Shown here: piece after piece, positions 13,009 to 28,135 of the stretch
How the letters are laid out: the number at the start of each line of letters is the position of its first letter
Numbering within the stretch: the first letter of the stretch is position 1
Position numbers and translations under genes: made by a program
The notes under the pieces: model-generated
Seen by the model: only the letters and a program-made list of their open reading frames with translations
What the model was told of the DNA's origin: nothing
Databases searched by the model: none
Assembly: GCF_006345805.1 (NCBI RefSeq)
Contig: NC_043003.1
Location: 32,488,001 to 32,552,000 of the forward strand
Length of the DNA stretch: 64,000 bases
Reading direction: 5' to 3'
DNA from: Octopus sinensis
Taxonomy: Eukaryota

Positions 13009-16000
13009 GCGGCAGCTAACCTGGCTACACCAAGCACAGAGAAGGAACCCTGCCCACCACTATGCAAGACCACCACAGTCAACAGACACGGGATGGCCTC
13101 CCCTAACGCCTGCACAGCCGTCACCCCAATACTTTTACTAAATATTAGGGGCCTGTTGCATCAAAATAGAAACAAAATTTCTTTCCTGAGAGATCTTACT
13201 GCATGCAATCAAGCCCTATGCATAGCACTTGTGGAAACTCACCTCAACCCTGATATAGAGGACGCAGAAGTACACATACCAAACTATGCTATACTGCGAA
13301 CAGACAGAAGGGAAAAGAGCCATGGTGGAGTTGCTGTATACATCCGAGATGACCTCACACCCCAAGTCTTAATGACATACTCAAATTCGGTATGTGACAC
13401 TTTAATTGTATACATAAGACAACATAATATAGTCATATGCACTACATATTGCCCACCGGATGCCCCAAATCACACAGGCAAGATTTCCTCACAAGAATTA
13501 AAGAAATCCTCATGAATCTGAAACACCACGTGACCATATTTCTTATGGGTGATTTCAACATCCCCAACGTCAAATGGCCCGAAGGTCACATACTCTCAGG
13601 AATGAATCATTGCAAGCAAGTACAGGTGCAGTCCGTGCTCAACCTCACCAATGCCTTATTCATGGAGAAAGTTGTACTTAAGCCAACTAGGGCGAATAAC
13701 ATTCTGGATCTCTGCTTCACGAACAATATGGACATCATTCATGATGTGAAAGTGACACCGACATCAGTTTCGGATCACAACATAATAGAGCTGTCTATGT
13801 TTGGGCCAAAACTAACCAGAGACATACGGCCTAAAGGAAGCACCCGAAATCTCTCCAATCTGAACTTCCACAAAGCAGATTGGAAATCGATCCAAAAAGA
13901 GATCCTCAGAGAAGACTGGCCGGAATGTCTCTCCACACCAGACATTGACATGAAACTAGAATGTTTCATGTCTTCTGTGCAAGCCGTATGCCAGAAATAT
14001 GTCCCAGAGCACAATGCCAAAACAAATAGGAGCAAGATTCCAAGAGACAGGAAGATCTTCATGAGACGACGTACGAAGGTTGCAAATCGTCTCAACCAAC
14101 ATCCCAAAAGTAGCGAAACGTCCCACCTAAAAACAACACTGATGGAGATCGAAAAAAGGCTGCAACAATCTTATGTGAAGGAGAAAGCAAGCAAAGAAGC
14201 CTGGGTTATAAAAAACATTAAATCAAACCCAAAGGCCTTCTTTCATTACGCGAAAGAAACAGTCTCAGTGCACTACAAGATAGGAGCCCTCCTCCAAAAG
14301 GACGGCTCCCTCACAGACAGTCCAACTAAGATCAGTGAGATGCTGAATGACCAGTTCAAAAGTGTCTTTACCACCCCGTTGGAACACAGACAAGTGAACG
14401 AACCAGTGGATTTCTTTGCCGCCTCACCTATAACCAGCGAGGCGGTTACAATAGAATGTATTGACATTAGCGAAAAAGATGTCCTACTAGCCATAGATGA
14501 TGTGGACACGAACTCAGTTGCTGGTCCAGATGGTTTCCCAGCCATCCTCCTCAAAGCGTGTAAGTATGCCCTGGCAAAACCCCCTCAAGATTCTCTTCCA
14601 GAGCTTTCTTGCGAATGGAAAACTGCCAAGCAAGCTGAAAGAGGGAATAATATGCCCAATACATAAAGGGAGAAGTAGAGCAGATGCCAAAAACTATAGA
14701 TCTTTCTCTCTGACTTCACACATCAGCAAAGTCATGGAACGGATAGTCAGAAAGAAACTAATCGCATTCCTTGAGGAAAATAACTTGCTAAGTGATACCC
14801 AGCATGGTTTTCGACCAGGTAGGAGCTGCCTGACCCAGCTCTTACAACATTATGACTGGGTGTTGAGGCAGTTACTCAACAAATCAAATGTGGACGTAAT
14901 CTACCTTGATTTTGCAAAAGCTTTTGACAAGGTGGATCATGGTATGATATGCCACAAACTGCGTGACCTCGGCATAGCTGGAAACCTTGGAGTGTGGTTA
15001 CATGACTTCCTGAAAGATAGGAGTCAGGCAGTAGTGGTTAATGGAGCCACCTCTATGAACACACGAATAGTGAGCGGTGTTCCACAGAGCACTGTCTTAG
15101 GACCACTGCTTTTTATAGTGGCCCTCTCAGATATGCCCTCAAATGCCCGAATAGCCACTCTGGCCAGCTATGCAGACGATACGAAAGTCTCGCAGAAAAT
15201 ACAGAACCCCAGCGATGTTGCACACCTGCAGCAGGAGTTGGACTCAACCTACAGATGGGCTGAGGATAATAATATGCAGTTTAATGCTGAAAAATTCCAG
15301 GCCCCGCGCTACCAGCATCCAAAACTGAATATTAAACTTGCAGGATACACCGGTCCACAGGGAATTTCAATCCCAGAGCCTAAGTCTGTGAGGGACCTGG
15401 GTACCGACATGAGTGATGATACCTCTTTCCAAGTGCACATTACCAGGATGGCGACAAAGTGCAGACGACTGGCTGGGTGGATCCTAAGAACATTCAGAAC
15501 CAGAGATAAGGAAACCATGATGGTCCTCTGGCGGACATTTGCCTCAGCCGCCTCGATTACTGCTCACAGCTATGGTCACCCACCAGTGTAAAATTAACAG
15601 CGGACTTTGAAGCAATCCAGAGAAGATTCACAAAGATGATCGTCTCTTTGCAACAGCTCAGCTACTGGGAAAGGTTGAAACAGCTAAGACTCTACTCCCT
15701 GGAGAGAAGACGGGAGAGGTATGCAGTAATATATATCTGGAAGATCCTGAAAGGAATCGTGCCAAATTTTGGCTTTGTAAGCTACACCAGTGCTAGAACG
15801 GGACGACACTGCATAGTGCCAAAGATCCCAGCAATGCCATCAGGTTCAGGACCAGCTTCTGCAACATCCTAGGTTTCAAGGGACCACAGCTTTTTAATAT
15901 TCTCCCAAAGAGTCTGAGGAACTTGCACAAAGTAGATGTAGCGGTTTTTAAATCAAAGCTGGACATCTTCTTGTCAGGAGTCCCAGATGAGCCTATCTCA

Positions 16001-16148
16001 CGGCAAGAGGTGCAAATGAGAGTAGATATATCAAACTCCATTCTTCACCAAGTGCCACATATTAGACGAGGTTCTTCGTAATAACAGTGTAGCACAAAAC
16101 GGTGGTGCATCAGCATGGCCGCAGCTCTGAGCTAAAACTAGAAAAAAA
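13009..16148 (+). mobile_element. CR1-clade LINE, 5'-truncated, frameshifted APE-RT ORF2
   Basis: APE motifs LLNIRGL, VETHL, GGVAVY, GDFN and SDH. RT motifs QHGFRPGRSC, YLDFAKAFDKVDH, GVPQ.TVLGP and YADD. CR1-like SLERRRERY. At least four frame changes (ORFs 12874, 13437, 14497, 15636); 3' stem-loop then A-run. Confidence 0.9.
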
Positions 16149-16169
16149 TATGTATGCATATATACATAG

Positions 16170-16285
16170 ATATATGTACATAACTACATATATATGCATA
16201 TATACCTACATATATGGGTACAGGACATCAAGAAGCGTAGACAAAATGAGAAACGAGAACATAAAAAAGCACGTAGGAATATTAT
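16170..16285 (-). repeat. Repeat family X 3' fragment
   Basis: Reverse complement of tttctcattttgtc...gatgtcctgtacccatatatg. Confidence 0.65.
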
Positions 16286-16523
16286 TATTTCTAAATCTCT
16301 GAAAGAGAAATATTCAGTAACAGTTCTTCAACCTAAAGGCTATTCGCAAACATAATGTGATGTCCTGGAAGGGACGATGTTACTGTTGTTTTACCCCAGG
16401 AAACATCGTTTCCAGCTGGCTATACAAAACAATATCTGTCCTATTAGTGCATAGACATGTGCTATTTTGCGGTTCTGTCATTAAATCTTGTTTCTGACAA
16501 TGTAGATGATACCCTACATCGTC

Positions 16524-16755
16524 AGGGCGGCGAGCTGGCAGAAACGTTAGCACACCGGGCGAAATGCTTAGCGGTATTTTGTCTACCGTTACGTTCTGAG
16601 TTCAAATTCTGCCGAGGTCGACTTTGCCTGTCATCCTTTCGGGGTCGATAAATTAAGTACCAGTTACACACTGGGGTCGATGTAATCGACGTAACCCCTT
16701 TGTCTCTTCTTGTTTGTCCCCTCTATGTTTAGCATCTTGTGGGTGATAAATAAAT
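16524..16755 (+). mobile_element. tRNA-derived SINE, family A, full length
   Basis: agggcggcgagctggcagaaacgttagcac... to ttgtcccctctatgtttagcatcttgtgggtgataaa. Confidence 0.9.
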
Positions 16756-16769
16756 GAAATATACATATA

Positions 16770-17504
<735 letters not shown>

Positions 17505-17613
17505 ATATATATCTAATGTAGGATAAAACTTTTTTCTAAAAAATTCTTTTCCCAAAAAATTTTATCAATGGCCAGCATATTAAAAAATACCTTTAAAAGT
17601 TAAATTATAGACA

Positions 17614-17910
17614 ATTCATAGATAAGGGCAAACGAAAAAATTTCTAATGCCAAATATGCCGAAAAATTGGACATATTGTCCATTAACCATATAATTTTTT
17701 CACAATACGCACGCTACTCGAAAAAAGATGGACAGAAATTTCTAAAAAATCGGTCCGATATGGTAATAATGGTATTTTTTAGAAATTTCTGTCCATCTTT
17801 TTTCGAGTAGCGTGCGTATTGTGAAAAAATTATATGGTTAATGGACAATATGTCCAATTTTTCGGCATATTTGGCATTAGAAATTTTTTCGTTTGCCCTT
17901 ATCTATGAAT
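17614..17910. repeat. Perfect inverted repeat, 137-bp arms, 23-bp spacer
   Basis: 17614-17750 is the exact reverse complement of 17774-17910. Confidence 0.9.
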
Positions 17911-17937
17911 GATATATTATATATATATATATATATT

Positions 17938-18300
17938 GGGGCGTGTGTGGGTGTGTGATAAGAAATTTCCTTTACTACTACGTGGTTCCAGCTGCGAGGA
18001 ACCTTGAACAAGTGTCTTCTAGTATAACATCGGACCGACCAAATCCTTGTGTATGGATTTGGTAGACGGAAACTGAAATGAGCCTGTCGTATGTATGTGT
18101 GTGTGTGTGTTTGTGCATTTGTGTGTCTGCGCGCGCGCGTGTCTTTGTGTCTGTGTTTATCCCACCACCACGGCATGCTTACATCCCCGTAACTTAACTG
18201 TTCGGCAGAAGCAACCGATATGGAATAAGTACCAGGCTTAAATTTCTTTAAGGTGCTGCTCCAGTATGGTCGCAGTCTAATTACTGAAATAAATGAATAA
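17938..18300 (+). mobile_element. SINE family B, degenerate
   Basis: caagtgtcttct...ggatttggtagacggaaactga...gttcggca...gctccagtatggtcgcagtc. Confidence 0.75.
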
Positions 18301-18430
18301 TAAAAGCCATATTCGTATAAATAAATGCTAGAACAGATCATATATAGATTTGGGTAAAGGCGTTTGCAGTTCAAAGAATAATGGTTGGCTCTAATTGAGT
18401 TGATTGAGATTCTCACAACAATATCATTAG

Positions 18431-18661
18431 TTTTACTCTTTTACTCTTTTATTTGTCTCAGTCATTTGACTGCGGCCATGCTGGAACACTGCCTTTAATC
18501 GAGCAACTCGACCCCGGGACTTATTCTTTGTAAGCCCAGTACTTATTCTATCGGTCTCTTTTGCCGAACCGCTAGGTGACGAGGACATAAACGCACCAGC
18601 ATCGGTTGTCAAGCAATGCTAGGGGGACAAACACAGACACACAAACATACACGCACACACA

Positions 18662-18712
<51 letters not shown>

Positions 18713-18875
18713 AGACGGGCTTCTTTCAGTTTCCGTCTACCAAATCCACTCACAAGGATTTGGTCGGCCGTAGGCTATAGTAGAAGACACTTGCCCAAGG
18801 TGCCACGCAGTGGGACTGAACCCGGAACCATCTGGTTGGTAAGCAAACTACTTACCACACAGCCACTCCTGCGCC
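18431..18875 (-). mobile_element. SINE family B, full length
   Basis: Colinear with 9250-9747. Confidence 0.9.
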
Positions 18876-20136
18876 ATTTTGTAATTTTATTTAACTGTGC
18901 CAGTTTGTAAATTTATTTAATCTATTTCTTTATTTATTTAATCCATTTCTTGGGTAAACACAGTGAATGTTATACTTCCACGATGGGAGGAGAAAAATCC
19001 AGAAACATGTCCATTTTGTCAGTATTCGCTGAAAAGTTAAAAATAATAGCCATTGACTGATATTTTCCTTCCTTCATATTTAATTCAAGATATTTTTTAT
19101 TGTTCCATTCATTATGTATGTTAGCACTACTTTTAACATAACTCACATTTCCCGTATGTAGTAAAATGAAGAGGAACCAGTGAACGACATTCTAAACTAA
19201 AAATAATTTCCTTCCATCAGAAGACAAATTTATCAAATTTATCAAATTATATATTTCTCGAAATATGTGAAATCTCACTACAAAAGTAATCAAGTTAAAA
19301 TGCGTAAACTTCAATCAAAAAAGAAAGAAACGTGATTATTACAAATGAAATATACTTTATAATTTGTTTATATGAATATTTAATAGTTGAATTGTCATTC
19401 AAAATTTAGTTTGTAGCAAATTTTCAGTATCTGTATCACTTATGACTGAATTTATTTTTCAAGTTAAATAACTACACTGTAAAATATGTAACAAAACATA
19501 TTTGTCAAACGTATTAAGTTTAAATGTGGTGTGGCTATAATATGTACTCTGGTTTGCAAGTGATATCATTTGTTAGACATGTGAGAAAGAATGGCAAACA
19601 AAACCATCTGCCAACGTTAACATATATATGCTATCGTTCAACATGATTCACATAACAACTAAATCTACCTCAAATCATACTCTATCGTCATGAAAAGAGA
19701 GGAACAGTATTTCAAACCTAGTCCCAGATATCATTGCCTAAGGGAATGTCGGAATGGCCAAATCTAGAATACATTTGGTGATAAGTTTACTGTATAAGGA
19801 ATAGTGCTGGTTTAACAGCATTATAAAGAGAGTTCATTCGTTATAATATTTTTCAATATTATATAGAATTTCATGTATAAGTTATTTGTAATCAGAACTC
19901 AGCAGGTGTATGTAAGGGTATTCATCGCCATATGTTTTTAACTAGTATTTGTAAATATAAGTGTGACAGGTATATGTATGCCTATGAATGTTTGTTTATT
20001 TGTGTGTGTGTGTGAAAGGCTAGAGATGAAAACGATGATTTCCCTTCGCAAATACTAATCGGACACAGACAGTGTGTCGTTAACCAGCTGGGGGAGATGT
20101 CTTCCTGGGGCTATAAACAACAGTAGCATCATATAT

Positions 20137-20596
<460 letters not shown>

Positions 20597-20984
20597 GGAC
20601 CCATAAAAAACGGACTTCTACCAACTATTCTGCCTATATATCTGCCCACACCTTTCAATGCCGTGTATGCCATAAGATCCGTAATTCTAACGGAGGCCTC
20701 AAAAGACATTTTAAGATCCACAATGATCAGAACTTAACTGCAGCTCTTGGTGGTCCAAATCCGATATGCAATCTATGTGGGTGTCTTTTCAATACATTGT
20801 CTTGTTTTAAAAGCCACATCAGACGCCATGATGGATCTAAGGTTTAGGTACAATAGGTGGTCAGACTCTGCATAAGGAGTCGACAACCACCATATATATA
20901 ATGAGAATGTCTGTTTGTTTTTGAGTTGTCTGCATACATGATGTGAGTGTATGCATGTATGTATGTATGTATGTATGTATGCAT

Positions 20985-21460
20985 GGTTGGGTCGTCGGCG
21001 ACTAAACCGGCAACCCCACCAAGCTTGCTTGGTAAGGAAGGTGTTTATTGGACACCCTGCGGGATGAAAAACAAAACCTGTCAAAGGGCGGAGGAATTTT
21101 GAGAGTCAACGGCCATCCAATAAATGTCTTAAGGCTGTATCATGCGCGGGGACATAGAAATAATCGGACTGAATACACGATCGCGCGGTTAAACCATTGG
21201 GAGTGAAGGACTCCTAGCCTTTGTTAGGGCATCCTTGTAGGAGAAGGTAACTCAGGTAACTGGGATAACTTCGACATAAAACCTGCCGCTCAGTGGTTAC
21301 CGATGATGTTGACTTGTTCTTCTTATGGCTGCTGTTACTTAGTGAGTGGGATTGACTCAGTGCACAGCCTTTCCTCACTTTAAAAAAAATCTTGCACTGG
21401 CATTGCACGATAACAACATTGATTAAGCTTCGTGCAATGGCCATACTCGATAACGAGGGG
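20985..21460 (+). mobile_element. Short non-autonomous RTE-related element (5'-UTR-like part plus RTE-type tail)
   Basis: gggcatcc...aggagaagg.aactc resembles RTE 5' regions. The 3' tail gccatactcgataacgagggggcagcca recurs at 61240-61292. Confidence 0.45.
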
Positions 21461-22929
21461 GCAGCCACCATGTATGTATGCATGTATGTATGTGTATACA
21501 GACACATAAATATGATGTATAGATAGATAAATAAACAGATAGAGAAGTATGTGATATGCAAATATATACGTATAAATACATATATACATGTTTGTATATA
21601 TTTATGGATATATGTGAAAGCGCATGTCTAGGTATGGGCTTCTGTATTTCTTTGTGACCGAGTCTGTGTTTACATCGCTATTATTTATTATCAAATGCAT
21701 AATGTTGATGTTCGATATGTTGATATCGATAAATTATGCATCATACAGAAATATGAGATCCATATGATCGAACAAAACCCTGGGAGACGTCGCTCTAGCA
21801 TAAGGGGCAGTCCAATAACTGAAACCAGTAAAAGCATGGAAGAAAAAAATTATAATCATAATAGCTACAATAATTTTTAAAAAACTGAAGAGAGGCAGTT
21901 ACAAGGCGACCAAAGTATATTTTTATTTTTCTCTATAAATCACAAATATACATGGTTACCAAGGTAACGGACGTTGAAGTATAAAATATACAACATACAT
22001 CTGTCGTCTTTCACAAAGAAAACTGGTCGATTAAGATATGGATAATAAAAGCAGACTTGTGCATATGTCAAATGTATGAGAGTCCATGTGCGCATGTATT
22101 TGAGCCTGCGTATATCAATACATTCATGAATCATTGCATATATATAAATATATATATCACAGCTGCATCCTCGTTACGCGAGAAAAGCCATTGCCAAGAA
22201 GACTTATTGAAATGATTCATGATTGTTGCTATGTGATGCACTTATATGACTTTTAAGCCCGGCCAAGCTTTTACACATTTTATTACATACTAGGCAACTG
22301 TACTGGCTGGCAGGAGAAACAGGTGCCACCATATGCACTCTCTTAACACGTCTTTATATACCTCCAACTAAGATGCACACCCTTCCACATTTTACACACG
22401 TTCTGTTATTAATTTTAAGATATATATATATATATTATATAGGGTATATGTGTGTGTGTGTGTATGCGTGTATAAATGTATCTGTGAGCATGTTTGTATG
22501 TGTGTATGTTTTGCTTTTCCTTGGGTCATGCACTCCTCAATGGAATCGTAGAGTTTCGTCGTATTCTACGGCGTGTCTTGGGCAATTTTGACCTGGCGGC
22601 GCGAACCACTTTCCTTACTACAATCGGTTTCTTCCAGACGACGGAAGAAAATTATATTCTGAGCTAATAAGAGGACTAAGGACAAAGGATTTGTTCTCAG
22701 GCATCTGCAAAAAATTTGTAGGGACAAATTAATTAGCTGTATAAGACATTTTTATATCTTGCCCTGGCGTTATAAGGGAGGATGAGTATAAATAATTTAA
22801 TGTCTGTGTTATCACCCCACAAATTCTAACGCATGAATATCTGCATGGATAAGTCAAGCATGACAAAAAATACTCAAAACCCCTCATCATTGTGAAACTT
22901 TTTTAAAGTCTGTCGGTGTAAAGCAAGTT

Positions 22930-23600
22930 CTCAGGTCTACCCACTTTCTCATCTTTTTCAGCTTGGACCACAGAAGACTTCAAAGAAGAGGAGTGTCTCT
23001 ACACCTGATACTGCATCAATGGAAACTACTCTTTGTTGACAATACTGCGTTTCTTAATCACACAATCTGTTCTGCTTTGAAGGGACAGCCAAACTCTTCG
23101 GTTTAGAAATCAACACGAAGACAGAAGTTTTTCCATTAGTCTGCATCACAGGAGATTAACATCCTCTTTGCTTCACTAGGTCAGTACATCAGTTCAGCTA
23201 CCTGGTGTGTATTACCATATTTAATGCCAAAATCAGCAAAGAAGGAAACAAGAGACTAGCAAAAATTAATTTGACAGTTGTGCCAAAGAGTATGCAACGG
23301 TAGGAACTTGAAACCAAGTGCCTGTCAGTCACCCGTTGTCAGCACTTTCACTGCATCTGCTGCCTCCGTGCTAACCCCAACATCCATCGGAATTTGTTAC
23401 CAACAGTAGTCTTAACAGCATCGAGATATTGTTGTTAAAGTCACAGCTGTGCGGGACAAGACTCGGTTCTCGGATGGAAGATAATATAATGGTCTACCTA
23501 AAATCGTGCTGCATTGTACATGTTTTTCTGGTCACCATGACAAGATCACTGAAGAAAATATACAAGCATATCATAAATTAATGATGCTTGTAGCATTAAC
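22930..23600 (+). mobile_element. RTE (BovB-like) LINE RT/C-terminal relic
   Basis: Decayed LLFVDNTA, AKLFGLEIN.KTEV, QFSYL, AKISKEGNKRLAK, SIEILLLKSQL, LPKIVL. Confidence 0.7.
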
Positions 23601-24859
23601 ATCAACATTGGTCTACATCAGTCATGAAAGTTGACGCCATCCATTCACCTATATGTCTTTTCATTCGAGAAACCATACAACACTGTTTTTTCAGAACTAA
23701 AGTATTTTAAGGGATAACTGAACAAAGTTTTCATAGAATATTTCTTGTAGCCGTTGCGACCAGGTTTACCTTTTTTATATTGATATAATCAGCAACATTA
23801 CAATCGATGTAAACATCCTTCTTCAGGTATTTCTGTTCGCAATACCAAGGTATTCGTAAATAACAGTGAAATATAAAGCCGTACAGTGCATATTGAAATT
23901 TAATTTTAAGATTTTCGAAGCATATGTGTATATTTAGACTCTCAGAAAGATGTGTCACCAATTTAAATGATGATAGCAATTATTACACTGGTTGATCCGA
24001 TATAAAACATGCATCTCTCTACACTATCTTAATATGATTACTCGAAAAAGTATAGTATCCCATTACAGTTTTTGATTCTCCAGCACAAGATTGGGATTGG
24101 CGAATTCTTGCATATGCTTCATCGATATTTATTGATATTTATCAACAGGTGAAAATATTTTATCGCCCATAAAAATGAATTTGCCATACTCTGAGATATT
24201 CTCTTATGGAAAAAAAATACAACATTCAGCTATATATCAACACTATTTAATATATATGAAACTGTTGGCATTAAATATCACGTGCTTTTGCATATTAGAT
24301 GTCTATATTACCTGTATTGCGAACGAAAATTTTATAGATGCGCCTGTGACGCATTTTAAAACGTTTGTTTAGCAACCAATCAAATTTTTATGACTAATCA
24401 TTAGCAATAGGTAATTTTCCGAAAGAACATTTTGCTGCTCCCATCTCCTAATCCTATTCTAATCAACAAAATAACGGGTTGTGTAAAATTTCAGCTCAAT
24501 TGAATAACTGCTAGGCGATCCTTGAAGTTGGGATATAGTATACTGAACAATATATTCTGTTCAAAAGCGATATACTGTTCCCTATCTCGACCATTTTCTT
24601 CTTTTTTTTTCTTTTTTTTTGGTAGAGAAATTTATGTGGCCCCATCCAGGTAAACTCAACAAATGTTTGAAAACGTTCTAATTCAAATTTACTATTTAAT
24701 TTGAAAAATTCCTGAAATAACACGAAAAACTTAAGAAATATTAGGTTTTCTTAATAAAACACAACTTCTATAAGAGAAACACATTTTTTATTTAGAACAA
24801 TAATTTCTATAGAATCTAAAACATAATGTGAACACTGAATACTGAACATTATTTTTGCA

Positions 24860-26540
24860 TAAGAGAGGATTTAGTGGCAGTTGGGTAAGTTTTACAGTTT
24901 TTGGTAACGATCTGTAAAACAAATTGTTTCTCGGTTTCATCTTTTGTGAGAATGTTATTGTAATTATGAATGAGTTTCATACCTCTTCCTGCATCATCCT
25001 TCACAGCAACTGTCTTCTCAAGTTTTTCAAGTCCACTTTTGTAACCAGAATCATCCTTCCATGTTGAAGGGTCCTTGTCAAGGAAATCGGTCCTGATAGA
25101 AAATCTCGTGAAGAAAGTTTTTGTACCAGGAGTTACAAAAGTCGAAAACTCGACATTTGTAAAGGGAAAAAGTCATTTTAGTGCAGAATGTACCTCTTCA
25201 GTTGATTTTTTCTTCTTCCTCTTCACTTTTGTCTGCTTCCAGCATAACTTGAGCAATATTTTCCTAAACCTCTGTTGGATCATTGTCATCAAATATCGAT
25301 TGAGCCACACTTTCGGGAGCTAAGTACCAGAGATGGTTGGAATTTTTTTTCGCAGCAACCTTACTGATTTCTGGATCAATATGCTGATAATTTATCAGTT
25401 GATGCATGAGTGGGAAATCATGATAAGGTGCATTAATTGCTTCTGAAAACAGAAACTAGGCTCGAACATACACTCGAGCAAGAAAAATACATATTCTTCT
25501 TGAAGAGTTCTTCTTTCCAGGAGATAACTGAAATTGATCTTGAAACAGGTATATGTGAACCCCATTCTTGCCAATGATTTTGCACCTATTAAAAACTAAA
25601 GAGAGACGGGGAATAAAAAAAAACTGCAATCTATCTCGAGTTGCTGGAACTGTTGCTGCTGCAGTTGTTGCTGTTTCTGATACTTGCTGATCGTTGACAG
25701 GAATTTTAACCGTCGTCACCACCACCACCACCACCACCACCAACCACCACCACCACCACCACCACCACCACCACCACCACTACCACCACCACCACACCAC
25801 CACCACCACCACTACCAGCACCACCACTACCACCACCACTACCACCACTACCACCACCACCACCACCACCACCACCACCACTACCACTACCACCAACACC
25901 ACCACTACCACTATCACCTCCACCACCACCACCACCACTACTTTGGCTGCTTGATGTTGAATCATCAGTTTCTGAGGTAGCAAACTGATGTGTAGCAAAC
26001 TTTTCTTCCATTCCTTCGTAAGACCTTGCTTTTCCTGGTAGTTTCTAATGAAGTGCGTTTCAGTGCTCTTTCTTCCTTGTATTTTAGTTTTTTAATCTAC
26101 TCCAACCATGGATCCCGGTCATCCTTTGTGGTGCTGAAGCATTAAGAACTTATGCTCTTCAATTTTCATCTGTCCCAAACCATCTGAATGAGCTATGTTA
26201 ATGAGATCGTCCATCATTTCCACAAAATTATCTCTTTTTTTCTTTTTCCTTGCCTGCAGTTCTAGTCAATTTTTTTCTGTAAACCTTTCCATTCAACATA
26301 AAGTTTGAGTACCTTATCAGTTTTTCTGGAAAAAATTCATGCTTTTTGCCAAAAAATGGGAACTTCTTGAATCACTAATGCTGCACTTCCCTTCGTTGTG
26401 AGATTTAGAGCTTTTACATTGTATGAAAAAACGCTTAAAAATTGCGGATTCGAGGGTAGTTTGGCTCCCGTGATTTGATTGGAAATGGAGCCAACAAGAG
26501 TCACATGAAAAACTTTTCTTAACATGTGGGATGAACTACC
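24860..26540 (-). mobile_element. Internally deleted DNA transposase relic, probably hAT-like (hATm type)
   Basis: N-terminal ITGAKLPSN...IFWQKA; C-terminal IYLFQDQF...RICIF, NHLWYLAPE, DFLDKDPSTW, V.DDAGRGMKLI..YNNILTKDE.EKQFVLQIV. The superfamily call is from recalled motifs. Confidence 0.6.
25715..25940. repeat. (CAC)n/(CTA/CAC) trinucleotide tract inside the transposase relic
   Basis: Read directly; explains the poly-His/Pro/Thr/Gly/Val ORFs. Confidence 0.95.
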
Positions 26541-28036
26541 TGAAGAAGATGATGCCGTTTCACAGGTCTAGAAAGAACATGTCACAGCAGCGACTTCGCA
26601 GTTGCACAAACAATTTGGAAAGACAAAATGAAGAATTAGTGATCAATGGCATCATATTTGGTCACTAAATAAGTATACGAAGCACATAACATTATAAAAG
26701 CAGAGAGGTTATAAACATAGTATTACAACTTTGACATGGTTACAAGCTCAACAGGGGAAGATCTATAGCATAATGCCCCACAACAGGATGAATAAATGCT
26801 TACAAGTTGTTACAAATAAATTAACTTATATTTACAAATGCGGACAAGTCATATTTGCTTACTGTTTATCACTAAAGTATATTTCTTAATATTCTATTTC
26901 TCTACTTTACCATTAGGTGCAGTACAATTCTTTCAACGGACGAACGCAACTCACAACCTCACTCGCTCATGGCTGGCTGCCGACCGGATGAGGCGAAAAA
27001 TAGGTTTTTGCCCTATACCTGCGCTCTGTCCCCAGCTTTGCAAGTTGCCTTCCCCATTATACTTACTGTAACTTATGCTTCTAATACCAAGAATAAGTCT
27101 GAACAAATTTTTAATTTAAGAGAAAATTATATAAGAGATAAAAAATTTTATCTGAAAAAATTACTTTCAAAGCGAAAACTTCAAGATTTTACGGTCGATG
27201 TGGATCGCCTTGCATTCGTTCGCTTGATTGGGATTTTGTTAATTGGAACAAGATAGGAAGATGAGGGATAAACTTTTAGAAAGCTAAAAAATAAGAGCCA
27301 TCCTACTAATCATATTCCCACTAGTTACAAATATATTTGCTAAAATATCACATTGCTTTATTTCTTCAGTTTCCTTTAATAATTGTAGCGTGAAACTTAA
27401 TGCAGTGATTCAAGAAGCTCAACATCTAATAAAATATTAAACTAAATTTTTAGCCACAAGACCAAACTGGCGCCCCAAATTTAAAATATAGGATTAAGCA
27501 TTAATTTTATTATAAACCTTTAAAAATATAGCTTCTACGTTAAACATTAAAACCAATCCTGGTGCTGTAGATGATGCTAGTTTTTGCAGGAAATAGGTCA
27601 GTTTCTACTTTAGAAATCTGATGAAATAATTTTACCAGTATAAAAGCCAGTAAGTCAAGCAGCAATGTTATTTGAAGCGCGGCATGTTATTTGAGTTTTA
27701 CTCGAATACATGCATAAAATTGGACAGATAATCCAAAATGGAAATGTCGTTGGATATTACATCAATAGGCAATATTTTAACTAAATCATTTGCAGCTGCC
27801 GCTAAAATATCAGAAACGTGCCAATATTACACGAAACAAGCGGATAAAATAAAATTGTTAAAATAAGAATCGATATTCAACGAATTTCCCCAGAATATTG
27901 TCTTGACAACGTTCTAGAGACATTTTATGTTAAGGAAAATATAAAAATAACAAAAATTGTGTTTGAAAATTAAGCTTACGGGTTACAAATACTGCAATGC
28001 ATCAAACCAGTAAGCAGAACATATCAACCACAATAT

Positions 28037-28039
<3 letters not shown>

Positions 28040-28122
<83 letters not shown>

Positions 28123-28135
28123 AACTACTACTTTA
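28040..28135. repeat. (CTA)n microsatellite
   Basis: Read directly. Confidence 0.95.

Noticed and set aside
25684-26011. Poly-His/Pro/Thr/Gly/Val ORFs, and similar YI/CV/LS/RE/poly-M ORFs across the window
   Set aside because: They are translations of microsatellites with no coding evidence.
26967-26985. 18/19 match to the tRNA-like MITE core (ctcatggctggc.gccgac)
   Set aside because: A match this short can arise by chance in an all-versus-all comparison of 64 kb.
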